A DNA stretch of 64,000 nucleotides, from NCBI GenBank assembly GCA_963771075.1, contig CAVYSE010000023.1:49821-113820 (forward strand), in the 5' to 3' direction. The notes under the pieces are model-generated. The model saw only the letters and a list, made by a program, of their open reading frames with translations. It had not been told where the DNA came from and did not search any database. The stretch is from a candidate division FCPU426 bacterium (GTDB lineage Bacteria > Oederibacteriota > Muellerivitia > Muellerivitales > Muellerivitaceae). A program made the position numbers and the translations under genes. Below, one piece after another: positions 31,825-41,022 of the stretch (position 1 is its first letter; the number at the start of each line of letters is the position of its first letter).

Positions 31825-32268
31825 ATGATTGATAAAGCATCCAGAAGAAAATTGACGGAAAAATTAAGACAGTTTGTGAGCGGTCGGATTACAAATTATC
31901 AGTATGAAGATATGACTCCGAGGCGGTCGCCCGATAAGGCGATTTGGGCAATTCAGCAAAGAGTTTGGACGGTTTACGATGATTTACATGAACACATACT
32001 TACAGGTAAATGGGCACTGAATAAAGAAGGGAGGGCAATTGTTTCAAGGTATATTCTCTTTCTTCATTCGAATTTCGAATATGAGTGGCCCAAACATCCT
32101 TCGGAAAATATTCTGGGGAAGATTTTGTCTCTGTTTAGTCTTGGACTAATCCCAAGATTGTTTTGGAATAAAAAATGGAATCAATCAGGAAATATTAAAG
32201 CGTGGCCTTTCATAAGCCAAAAAGACTTAAATAGGGCTAAAAGAAAACCCAGGTTATTAAATGGTTAA
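31825..32268 (+). CDS. Hypothetical protein, AT-rich insert
   Basis: Clean 147-aa ORF, visibly lower GC than its neighbours, no recognised motif. Confidence 0.7.
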   Translation: MIDKASRRKLTEKLRQFVSGRITNYQYEDMTPRRSPDKAIWAIQQRVWTVYDDLHEHILTGKWALNKEGRAIVSRYILFLHSNFEYEWPKHPSENILGKILSLFSLGLIPRLFWNKKWNQSGNIKAWPFISQKDLNRAKRKPRLLNG

Positions 32269-32333
32269 GGTTTTATTCGTAAAACTTCGAATTTTACGAT
32301 TCGCAAATCGCAGAGAATGAGGAATGAACTAAA

Positions 32334-33251
32334 ATGAAAATCCTTGTAACTGGCGGCGCGGGGTTCATCGGTAGTCATGTAGTAGACGCCTATCTGGCGG
32401 CGAGGCACGAGGTGATCGTGGTCGATAACCTGTCCACGGGAAAGGCGGCGAACCTAAACCCCAAGGCGAAGTTTTACGAGATGGATATCCTCAACGAATC
32501 CCTACAGCAACTCCTGCAAAACGAGAAAGTCGAAGTGGTAAACCACCACGCGGCCCAGATCAAGGTTAAGGCTTCCCTGGAAGACCCTTATTTCGATGTG
32601 AAGGTGAACGTGCTGGGATCGGTCCTTCTCCTCGACCTCTGCCGCAGAGCTGGGGTCCGGAAATTCATCTACGCTTCTTCCGGTGGGGCCCAATATGGTG
32701 AGGCGGAAGCGGGACCTTTTCCCGAAACCCAACCGGCCCGGCCATTTTCGGTTTACGGCGCCAGCAAATATTCGGTAGAACTTTACGCGGACGTTTTCTC
32801 CCAGGCCTTTGGCATGGAAAGGGTCATCCTGCGTTACGCCAATGTGTACGGGCCACGGCAAGACGCCCTGGGGGAGGGAGGGGCGGTGGCCATCTTCACC
32901 CACGGGATGCTCCATGGGGGTGATTTCCAGATCTTCGGCGACGGCTACAACCTACGGGATTACGTTTATGTTAAGGATGTGGCCAAGGCCAATTTGCTGG
33001 CCCTTGAATACCCTCAAAACGGCACTTTTAATATCGGAACGGGGGTGGGGACGACTACTTCGGAACTTTTCCAAGCCCTGGCGAAAGCCACTGGTTATAA
33101 ACTTCCAGCCCTGCATACGGTGGCCCGCCTGGGGGACCTGAAAAAAAGCTTGTTGGACCCCACCCTTGCTAAAAAGGACCTAAAATGGGAACCCGCCTAT
33201 GACTTGGCGGCTGGGTTGAAAGAAACCATCGAATACTACAAATCCCGATGA
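32334..33251 (+). CDS. NAD-dependent epimerase (UDP-glucose 4-epimerase-like)
   Basis: [44 protein letters not shown]. Confidence 0.92.
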   Translation: MKILVTGGAGFIGSHVVDAYLAARHEVIVVDNLSTGKAANLNPKAKFYEMDILNESLQQLLQNEKVEVVNHHAAQIKVKASLEDPYFDVKVNVLGSVLLLDLCRRAGVRKFIYASSGGAQYGEAEAGPFPETQPARPFSVYGASKYSVELYADVFSQAFGMERVILRYANVYGPRQDALGEGGAVAIFTHGMLHGGDFQIFGDGYNLRDYVYVKDVAKANLLALEYPQNGTFNIGTGVGTTTSELFQALAKATGYKLPALHTVARLGDLKKSLLDPTLAKKDLKWEPAYDLAAGLKETIEYYKSR

Positions 33252-33273
33252 GGTTTTAATTTGTTTTCCAAAC

Positions 33274-33340
33274 TGCCAACTGCCAACCCTTCGACTTTGC
33301 TCAGGGCCCTGAGGTTCTCGAAGGGCTGCCGACCGCGGAC
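33274..33340 (-). repeat. Inverted heptamer array interrupted by a 39-bp REP-like hairpin (33287-33325)
   Basis: TGCCAAC TGCCAAC, then CCCTTCGA..CTCAGGGCCCTGAG..TCGAAGGG, then TGCCGAC CGCGGAC. Confidence 0.8.
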
Positions 33341-33349
33341 TGAAGTACC

Positions 33350-34393
33350 ATGAAGGCAATCATCCTCGTAGGCGGCCAGGGAACCCGGATGCGGCCCCTA
33401 ACGGACCGGCTTCCGAAGAACATCGCGCCCCTTTGCGGCACCCCCTTCCTCACCTACCAATTCGAGTTCTTGAAATCCGCCGGGGTCAAGGAAATCGTCC
33501 TTTCGCTTGGGTATCGTCCGGACGACATCCGCCAGATCTACGGCAACGGCCGAAAATTCGGCATGAAGATCTATTACGTCATGGAAGACGCTCCCCTGGG
33601 AACCTCGGGGGCCATCAAGAACGCCGAGCGCTTCGTCAAGGGATCCCCGGTGGTGGTCATGAACGGGGACATCTTGACGGATATCCCCCTGAAAAAAATG
33701 ATCGCGGCCCATTACGAGGCCGGCAACCTGGCCACCCTGGGCCTGGTGCGGGTGGAGGACCCCAGCCCTTACGGCCTGGTGATTTTGAATTCCCAGGGGA
33801 AAATCCAAAAGTTCCTCGAAAAACCCAAGCCCGATGAGACGGTGGTGGACACCATCAACGCCGGGGTTTACGTCTTCGAGCCGGGGGTGATGGATTTTAT
33901 TCCCTCCGGCGTCAACCATTCCGCGGAAAGAGGCCTTTTCCCCGCGCTGTTGCAGGCGGGCGTGCCCTTCGGGGGCTATGTTTGGAAAGGCTATTGGCAG
34001 GATATCGGCACGCCCCGCAAGTACCTCACCACCCAGTGGGATGTCCTGAACGGGGCCTTTCCCATCCATTCACGCGTGAAGAGGGGACCCAACCATATCT
34101 ACCGGGGCAAGCGGGTTTGGATCGGCCGGGACGCGGTGGTGCAGGGACCCGTGCTTTTGGAAGAAGGATGCTTCATCGGCGACGGGGCTAAGATATTGCC
34201 CTATTCGGTGATCGGGAGAAAATGCATGATCGGGCCGGGAGCCGTGATCTCCAAAAGCCTTTTGTGGGATGGCGTCAAAGTGGGGAAAGACGCGAAATTG
34301 GAAGAAGCGATCCTGGGACGCAAATGCGTCGTTGGGGAAGGCGCCCAGCCTTCTCCCGGGGGGGTATGGGGGGACGAAAGTCAGGTTTCTTGA
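33350..34393 (+). CDS. NDP-sugar synthase (mannose-1-phosphate guanylyltransferase-like)
   Basis: AIILVGGQGTRMRPLT...PK, PLGTSGAI, MNGDIL, FLEKP, WQDIGTP, C-terminal left-handed beta-helix. Confidence 0.9.
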   Translation: MKAIILVGGQGTRMRPLTDRLPKNIAPLCGTPFLTYQFEFLKSAGVKEIVLSLGYRPDDIRQIYGNGRKFGMKIYYVMEDAPLGTSGAIKNAERFVKGSPVVVMNGDILTDIPLKKMIAAHYEAGNLATLGLVRVEDPSPYGLVILNSQGKIQKFLEKPKPDETVVDTINAGVYVFEPGVMDFIPSGVNHSAERGLFPALLQAGVPFGGYVWKGYWQDIGTPRKYLTTQWDVLNGAFPIHSRVKRGPNHIYRGKRVWIGRDAVVQGPVLLEEGCFIGDGAKILPYSVIGRKCMIGPGAVISKSLLWDGVKVGKDAKLEEAILGRKCVVGEGAQPSPGGVWGDESQVS

Positions 34394-34545
34394 TTTCATT
34401 TCTTCGCCCTTTGGGATGGCGGGCCCAATGGAAACCTCGCATTTGCACTAAGCTTCCGGTTTTGCGCATTGACGGGTTTCTGCCCCTCCCTTAAAATCGT
34501 TCACCGGATCATTTCAAGGTGTTTATTTGCTCTTTAGGAGCCGTA

Positions 34546-35826
34546 ATGCTTCTTCGAATCAGCCTTTTTTCCTTTCTCTCCTCCCTTTTTTTCATGTCTT
34601 TTTGCCATCCCATCCCCTCTTGGGGCGCGGAGCCCGATAGCCAGTATTACCTGGATAAGGCCAATGTTTACCTGAAAGAGGGCAAATCCAGCGATGCCAT
34701 TAATTATTTGAAAGAGGCGGTGGAAAGAAATCCATATAACGTGGAAGCCCGAAACAACCTTGGAAAAATTTACGCCCAGCGCGACCTTTATGACCAGGCC
34801 ATGGAGCAGTTTGACAAGGCCCTTTCCGTCCAACCCAATTATGTCCAGGCCCTTTCCAACAAGGCTTACGTTTACTTGCAACGCCGAGCTTATCCCTTAT
34901 GCGTCCAATATGCCCAAAAAGCGTTGGTCCTGGACCCCAGTTTGGGATCGGCCCATTACAATTTGGGGCTGGCTTATTTCGCCCAAGAACGCTATCCCGA
35001 AGCCGTCCTTGAGATCAAAAAAGCGGTCAAGGCCTTCCCCGAGAATTCAGAGGTCTATGAGCGCCTAGGCGACCTCTACCAGGTTCAGTCTAAAAACGAG
35101 GAGGCCTTTGCCTATTACCGGCAGGCCTTGGATGTGAATCCGCTGAATACCTCAGCCCGGTCCAAATTGGGAAATGTTTATTCGCAAGAGGGGTCTGATA
35201 AAAAGGCGGTCCTACAATACCAGGCCGCTGTGGACCTGAATCCTTCCGACATAGCCGCCCGTTACCAATTAGCCCAACATGACGAGGATATCCGGGACTG
35301 GCCCAATGCCCGCAAACAATACCTGGCGATCCTTTCTTTGGATGACCGCCAGGCAGCGGCCCATCGGCAGGTCGCGAAAATATGCGAACGAAACGATGAG
35401 ATGGGATTGGCGCTTTACCATTGGGAAAAATACGCCGCCCTGAATCCGTCGGATACTAGCGTTCAAAAGCATATCGACGACATTCGCAAGCCCCTTTTGA
35501 CGAAGAAACAGGCCGAACAAATGGCGGCCTTCCAAAGCCAATTACAGCAGAAACAGCAGGCCCAGCAGACCCCGAGCCCTGTTCCTCCCAAGAATAATTT
35601 GTGGAGCGGTCCCAAACCCACGGATAATTCCAACCCGACCCCGGTGGTGCCCGTCGTGCCGTTGGCGGATCAGTCCACCTATTCAAGCGCGTCTCACGCA
35701 CCCAGCGCGCCTGCGCCGAGCGCCCCCTCGGCGGTGGTTTACGATACACCCACTCCTTCGGTTCAATTGGTGCCGGTGGATATCGTTCAACCCACCCCTT
35801 CCGACATCGCCACCCTTCCCAAATAG
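34546..35826 (+). CDS. Exported TPR-repeat protein with Pro/Ser-rich tail
   Basis: AGGAG RBS; signal-like N-terminus; repeated TPR patterns (NNLGKIY, HYNLGLAY, YERLGDLY). Confidence 0.85.
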   Translation: MLLRISLFSFLSSLFFMSFCHPIPSWGAEPDSQYYLDKANVYLKEGKSSDAINYLKEAVERNPYNVEARNNLGKIYAQRDLYDQAMEQFDKALSVQPNYVQALSNKAYVYLQRRAYPLCVQYAQKALVLDPSLGSAHYNLGLAYFAQERYPEAVLEIKKAVKAFPENSEVYERLGDLYQVQSKNEEAFAYYRQALDVNPLNTSARSKLGNVYSQEGSDKKAVLQYQAAVDLNPSDIAARYQLAQHDEDIRDWPNARKQYLAILSLDDRQAAAHRQVAKICERNDEMGLALYHWEKYAALNPSDTSVQKHIDDIRKPLLTKKQAEQMAAFQSQLQQKQQAQQTPSPVPPKNNLWSGPKPTDNSNPTPVVPVVPLADQSTYSSASHAPSAPAPSAPSAVVYDTPTPSVQLVPVDIVQPTPSDIATLPK

Positions 35827-35918
35827 ACCGATTTTTCGAAGCTGCCGGATGGGGGTTTGCCATCTTGCGGGTTTTTCCAACCGTTCGTTACCATCAACAA
35901 AGGGAGACGATCCTATAA

Positions 35919-36637
35919 ATGCGTTTTGCCATCCTTTTACCGGTCTATAACGAGGCTCCCACCCTGGAAAGGGTCGTCAAAAAACTTTCCGATTTCGCCG
36001 AGGCCGACGTGGTCGTGGTGGATGATGGTTCCACCGACGCCACACCCTCCATCCTGGAAAGACTCAAGGTCGCCGCGATTATCCGCCATGACAAAAACCT
36101 GGGTTACGGCCAAACCCTGATGGACGCGTTCCGCTTCGTCATCGACCATGGATATGGTTCCTGTGTGACCCTGGACGCGGATGAACAGCATGAACCGGCC
36201 TTTATCCCCCGGTTTTTGGAGGATTTGACCCGGTTCGACATTGTTTCGGGGAGCCGTTACCTCAACCCCCTGCTGGCGACGGACCACCCCCCCCGGAACG
36301 GTTGGAAGTTAACGAAATTATCACGGCTAAATTGAAGCACTTGACAGGTTATAATCTGACCGACAGTTTTTGCGGTTTTAAGGGTTATCGCGTGGATGGT
36401 TTAAAAAAACTTCGACTGACAGAGACTAATTATGGTTTCCCGCTCCAACTCTGGCTCCAGGCCGCAAAAGTGGGTTTGACAGTGGTTGAATGCGCCGTAC
36501 CCTTGATTTACAAGGACCATACCCGGAATTTCAACAACCGATTCAATACCCGGGATGAGAGGTTGAATCATTATTTGGAAGTGATGGAACGGGAGGCGAA
36601 ACTTTTGGGCCTTCCGCTGGCCACGAACCAAACTTAA
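35919..36637 (+). CDS. GT2 glycosyltransferase (frameshift in the poly-C run near 36290)
   Basis: LPVYNE, VDDGSTD, NLGYG, LDADEQH, GSRY, then TDSFCGFKGYR in a second frame. Confidence 0.85.
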
Positions 36638-36654
36638 AGTAAAAGGAGATTCCC

Positions 36655-38244
36655 ATGGGTGAAACGACCGGAAATATCCCGCAAGGACATGGGAGCCTTT
36701 ACTTTAATCCGCCCCTGGCCCTGTGGAAGGAAGAAGCCCTCCGCAATCGGGAAAAGGCGGTCAAGGCCCTCGTCTGGGGCCAAAACGCGTTGAAGGTCCG
36801 GGCGGCCTTGAAGTTGCCGATCAATCAACCCCTCATTCTTTCGGGACACCAGCCTGTTTTCTTCCATCCGGGCCTATGGACCAAATGCCTGGCCGCCTCC
36901 TACCTGGCCGAGTCTGTCCAGGGAACCGCCTGCCATAAGGTGACGGATACGGCCCTGGCGGCGGAATACCTGCATTACCTGCCGGAGGTGGAGGAGAACG
37001 GCAAGGCGCGCATGAAGACGCTCCGATTTTACAAAAACAAGGAATTCATCGATCAGGAAAAAACAACCCCCTATTGCCTCATGCCCGCGCCCGATCATGA
37101 GGCGGTGAAGAACATCTTTTCCGAGGCTCAGGTCTATTGCCCCTCTTCGGTGAAAAACGCCATGCGGGGGGTCGAAAGTCAATTCATGGGAGGCCTTCTC
37201 AAGAACGCGACGTGGAACGAATTCCATCTCTCCACCCTCAAGTATTTGGATACCTTGAGCCAAACCCAGAGGATTTACCTGGAGGCCCACCGTCTTTGGG
37301 AAACCGATCCTTATTATGAATTCCTGGCCCATTGGATGTCCCACTTGCCCGAATTGACGGAAGCCTACAATAAGTCCCTGGATGATTACCGGACCCGCTA
37401 CGGCATCAAGCACGATTTGACCCCCCTTCCCAACCTAAAATTCGAGAACTGGTGGTTCGAGATACCCTTCTGGGGAGTCACCAAGTACAACCATCGGCAA
37501 TCCCTTTGGGCCAAGGATGACGGAAAACACCTGGTGCTCAAGATCAAGGGCGGGGAAGGGACTTTCCAGGCCAGCCACGAGAACCTGAAAGGGGAGCTGA
37601 TGACCCTTCCCATCAAGGTCTGGCCCAAGGCCCTGCCCCAGACCTTTTTCTGCCGCATGTACCTCTGCGACTTTTTTATCCATGGCATCGGGGGAAGCGC
37701 CTACGAGGAAGTGAACGACCTGTTCATTGAAAAGGTGTTGGGGATCAAACCCCCCGCCTTTGGCACGGCGACCGCCACCTGGTTGGTGGAACCGAAGGAC
37801 AGCGAGGCGTTGGACAAGGTCGCCGGTTTTGAGGATAAAATTTTAAGCTGGGAAAGGATTCTGGAAAAAAATCCCGAGTACCTTTTTTTGAAAGCGGAAG
37901 CCTGGAAAACCGAATTACCGGCATTCATGCATAGCGCCTTCCTGGCTTGTTTGAACAACGCCCCGCTCGCGGCCAAGGCCGCGGAAAAGGGGAAGTGGGT
38001 GGAGTTGTTGAAAAATCCCGCGAGAAAGGCCGAGGCTTCCCTGAGGATCAAGGATATTAATTCGATCTTGTCGGAAGGATTGACGGAAGTCATGAAAGTG
38101 GTCTTAAAAGGAAAATTGGAGATCGAGCAGGTGAAGCAAAGCCGGGACGTGTTGTCTTACCGTAAGTATCCCTATTTCTGTTACAGTTCCGAAGCCTTTC
38201 TCGAATTGAAAGCCAAGGTTCGGGCCTTGATCCCCTCCAGTTGA
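36655..38244 (+). CDS. Hypothetical protein, distantly BshC-like
   Basis: ILSGHQPVFFHPG..K near the N-terminus, IPFW, PKAL, FIHGIGGSAY, helical C-terminus. Confidence 0.45.
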   Translation: MGETTGNIPQGHGSLYFNPPLALWKEEALRNREKAVKALVWGQNALKVRAALKLPINQPLILSGHQPVFFHPGLWTKCLAASYLAESVQGTACHKVTDTALAAEYLHYLPEVEENGKARMKTLRFYKNKEFIDQEKTTPYCLMPAPDHEAVKNIFSEAQVYCPSSVKNAMRGVESQFMGGLLKNATWNEFHLSTLKYLDTLSQTQRIYLEAHRLWETDPYYEFLAHWMSHLPELTEAYNKSLDDYRTRYGIKHDLTPLPNLKFENWWFEIPFWGVTKYNHRQSLWAKDDGKHLVLKIKGGEGTFQASHENLKGELMTLPIKVWPKALPQTFFCRMYLCDFFIHGIGGSAYEEVNDLFIEKVLGIKPPAFGTATATWLVEPKDSEALDKVAGFEDKILSWERILEKNPEYLFLKAEAWKTELPAFMHSAFLACLNNAPLAAKAAEKGKWVELLKNPARKAEASLRIKDINSILSEGLTEVMKVVLKGKLEIEQVKQSRDVLSYRKYPYFCYSSEAFLELKAKVRALIPSS

Positions 38245-38264
38245 ACGGCCCCTACCCCCGCCCC

Positions 38265-38714
38265 ATGGAACAACCCCTGTTGGAAATCGAAATACTTCCG
38301 GGTCAAGAGGACTTGGGCTTGCCCGCCTATGCCACGGAAGGCTCGGCGGGTTTGGACCTGAAGGCCGCCCTGGCGGCCGATCTGGTATTGGCGCCGGGCG
38401 AGAGGGGAGTGGTTCCCACCGGTTTGAGGATGGCGATCCCTTCGGGCTTTGAAGGCTGTGTCCGGCCCCGAAGCGGGCTGGCCCTCAAATACGGGCTGAC
38501 CCTCACGAACGCGCCGGGAACCATCGACTCGGATTATCGGGGCGAGGTAAAAGTCCTTATGGTCAATTTGGGCAAGGAGCCCGTGACCCTGAAAAGGGGG
38601 GACCGCGTGGCGCAATTGCTGATCTCTCCCGTGGCAAAGGCTCAGATTCGTCAGGTGAAAAGCCTCGATGAAACGGCGAGGGGCGAGGGCGGGTTCGGCC
38701 ACACGGGAACCTGA
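38265..38714 (+). CDS. dut: dUTP diphosphatase
   Basis: GSAGLDL, RPRSGLA, GTIDSDYRGE, GDRVAQL, RGEGGFGHTG (all five dUTPase motifs). Confidence 0.97.
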   Translation: MEQPLLEIEILPGQEDLGLPAYATEGSAGLDLKAALAADLVLAPGERGVVPTGLRMAIPSGFEGCVRPRSGLALKYGLTLTNAPGTIDSDYRGEVKVLMVNLGKEPVTLKRGDRVAQLLISPVAKAQIRQVKSLDETARGEGGFGHTGT

Positions 38715-38794
38715 TTTCGCGGTCAGCGATTGGCAGACGGTCAATCCTTTAAAACCACCAGATGATGTTGAAGGCCCTTGGCGGGAACTCCTTA

Positions 38795-39379
38795 ATGAAC
38801 TCACATAAAGATAAAAGACTTTTTATATCCGGTATTCCAACATCAGGAAAATCGTATTTGGCGGATAAGCTTGCCAAGGAAATAAACGGCATAGCCGTCC
38901 ATTTGGATCATTACAGAATAGATTTCGCGAAAGAAGAAAAATACAGGAAATGGACGGATTTTCTGTTTGATAAAAATGAATATGAATATTTAACTAAAAC
39001 AACTCCGGATCATTTGTGGAAAAATCTTGTCGCCCAATCCGAAGGGTTGTGGCCGGCTTTTTCTAAAAAAATAGAAAAGTACAAAGCGGAAGAAAAACCA
39101 GTGGTATTCGAGTGCGTCAATATACTCCCGCATATTGCGAAACAATATTTGGATTTCCCCGGTATTGTTCTAATTGGAAATTCCTATGAAATAGTTCTCG
39201 AAAGAAATAAACAAGCTCCTCGTTTGGGAAAAACCCCTGAATTACAGGCATTGGAAGCAAGGTGGTTTTTTGAGGTGGAACGGCCCCATTACAAGGCGGA
39301 AGCGGAAAAATATAAATACCCGGTATTTGAATCCGCAGATGAAGCGCTTGAAAAAGCACTTCAATTTCTCAAGGTATGA
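38795..39379 (+). CDS. P-loop kinase-like hypothetical protein, AT-rich
   Basis: FISGIPTSGKS Walker A, VHLD, VVFEC. Confidence 0.65.
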   Translation: MNSHKDKRLFISGIPTSGKSYLADKLAKEINGIAVHLDHYRIDFAKEEKYRKWTDFLFDKNEYEYLTKTTPDHLWKNLVAQSEGLWPAFSKKIEKYKAEEKPVVFECVNILPHIAKQYLDFPGIVLIGNSYEIVLERNKQAPRLGKTPELQALEARWFFEVERPHYKAEAEKYKYPVFESADEALEKALQFLKV

Positions 39380-39724
39380 CTTTAAACAAAAAGATCGGTG
39401 GCCTACCCGCGAAGGGGACCCATCGCGGACAGGCGGCCATTTCCAAGAGTGGCGTGGAGCAAGCCCGGTTTGCTGCGTTCCTGTTTTAACCCCTTGAATA
39501 GGGTTACAAACGGTCCAACCCATCCGGGTTGTCAAGATCCAACAAATCATTGGATAAATGAATCCATCGATGGACTTATACATCTATTCGTATTTTTGAC
39601 CTAAATGTTCCTCCCAAAATGCAAAAAATCTTACCAAGATACTTTCGCCGTCCTCAGTACCTATTTTCGAATCGCGGGGAAATGATCCGGACAAAAAAGC
39701 CTTGGCAATTCCAAGTGGCGGCGT

Positions 39725-39754
39725 TGAATATATGAATAGATTGGAATATATTCA
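39725..39754. promoter_or_regulatory. Candidate ArsR operator (9-12-9 inverted repeat)
   Basis: TGAATATAT-N12-ATATATTCA, 20 bp upstream of the ArsR start. Confidence 0.6.
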
Positions 39755-39774
39755 TTGAACCAAGGGGAGCCCTC

Positions 39775-40107
39775 GTGATCGATCCAGACTTCGTGTTCAA
39801 AATCAAATCCGACTTTTTGAAGGCCCTGGCCCATCCCGGCCGGCTCAAGATCATCGAGCACCTCAAGCGCGGTGAAAAATCCGTCAACGAAATATGCAAG
39901 GCCCTGGAAATGGAACAGTCGGGCCTTTCCAAGCACCTGTCCATCCTGAAGCAGGCCGGCATCCTGAATTCCCGGCAGGAAAAGGTGACGGTGTTCTATT
40001 CGGTCCGGGACAAGGGGATTTACGACGTTTTAAAGCGCGTTTCCCTTTTCCTCAAAAAAAAGTTCAAGGAAAGCCAGGCCGTCCTGGACCACCTGGGCAA
40101 AAACTGA
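39775..40107 (+). CDS. ArsR/SmtB-family transcriptional regulator
   Basis: KALAHPGRLKII, SVNEI, QSGLSKHLSILKQAG, VFYSV. Confidence 0.93.
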   Translation: MIDPDFVFKIKSDFLKALAHPGRLKIIEHLKRGEKSVNEICKALEMEQSGLSKHLSILKQAGILNSRQEKVTVFYSVRDKGIYDVLKRVSLFLKKKFKESQAVLDHLGKN

Positions 40108-40151
40108 GATGAACCGAAGGCCCCATCCTTGCTTAATCACGGAGATCAAAC

Positions 40152-40811
40152 ATGCAGTGGACGGTTAAAGAAGCCTCGGAATTCCTACAGATTCCGGAAG
40201 ACACCCTCTTCGACTGGATCGATAAAAGAGACCTTCCGGCCACCCGTTTCAACGGCCGGTACCATTTCAACCGCATGAAATTGATGGATTGGGCCCACGA
40301 AAACGCGGTTCCCGTTTTGATCCCCAATGGGGTCGATTTGCCTTCCTTAAAGGAGGCCCTGGAAGAGGGGGGAATTTATGAAAACATCGAGGGAGCGGAT
40401 AAACCCGAGATTTTCAAGAATATAGTGAATTTCCTCAAAATCCCAGTGGAAGAGGATAAGGAACTGGTTTGCCAAATGATCCTTTCCCGGGAAAGGGAAG
40501 GCTCCACCGAGTTGGGAAACGGTATCGCCATCCCCCATGCCCGGCACCCGATTTTGCTGCAAGTGGCAAAGCCCATGGTGGCCCTTTGCTATTTGAAGAA
40601 TCCCGTCTTATTCGGGGAGGCCGAGCGGAAACCGGTTTCCGTCCTTTTCGTGGTCCTTTCCCCCAGTATCCGGATGCACCTGCATTTCCTGGAGCGGCTG
40701 GGTTTCGCGCTCCGGGACAAGGAATTTTCCGATTTGGTCCTGGAGCGCGCGCCCCAAACGAAAATCATGGAACGGCTGACGGTTCTAAGGGATCAGTTGG
40801 AGAAACGGTAA
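40152..40811 (+). CDS. Excisionase-type HTH fused to PTS EIIA(Ntr/Fru)-like domain
   Basis: TVKEASEFL...EDTLFDWI...LPA; REREGSTELGNGIAIPHAR with the phospho-His. Confidence 0.9.
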   Translation: MQWTVKEASEFLQIPEDTLFDWIDKRDLPATRFNGRYHFNRMKLMDWAHENAVPVLIPNGVDLPSLKEALEEGGIYENIEGADKPEIFKNIVNFLKIPVEEDKELVCQMILSREREGSTELGNGIAIPHARHPILLQVAKPMVALCYLKNPVLFGEAERKPVSVLFVVLSPSIRMHLHFLERLGFALRDKEFSDLVLERAPQTKIMERLTVLRDQLEKR

Positions 40812-40832
40812 GGGTTTTGGTTTTAATATTCT

Positions 40833-40923
40833 CCCCTTCTCCCCTTGAGGGAGAAGGATGGGATGAGGGGGATTCCAGTCGCAAACGCCCCTCACCCTAA
40901 CCCTCTCCCTCAAGGGGAGAGGG
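40833..40923. repeat. REP-like inverted pair (CCCTCACCC/GGGAGAGGG family)
   Basis: CCCCTTCTCCCCTTGAGGGAGAAGG..GATGAGGGG and CCCCTCACCCTAACCCTCTCCCTCAAGGGGAGAGGG. Confidence 0.85.
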
Positions 40924-41022
40924 TCAATTTATAAACCGCGCCAAGTGCATAGTGCCGATTGTTTTTGGACCGGGAATTACGAAGGACGTCTTAGTCTGAC
41001 GGGTTGGAAGTAGAAAGGAAGC

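Noticed and set aside
29871..33340. Short repeats as a CRISPR array, or the four-helix-bundle gene as part of a DGR
   Set aside because: Units are 7 bp with no unique spacers and no cas genes; no reverse transcriptase or template/variable repeat pair is visible.
39380..39720. Riboswitch or ncRNA upstream of the ArsR operon
   Set aside because: Only isolated hairpins; I recognised no family consensus without a covariance search.
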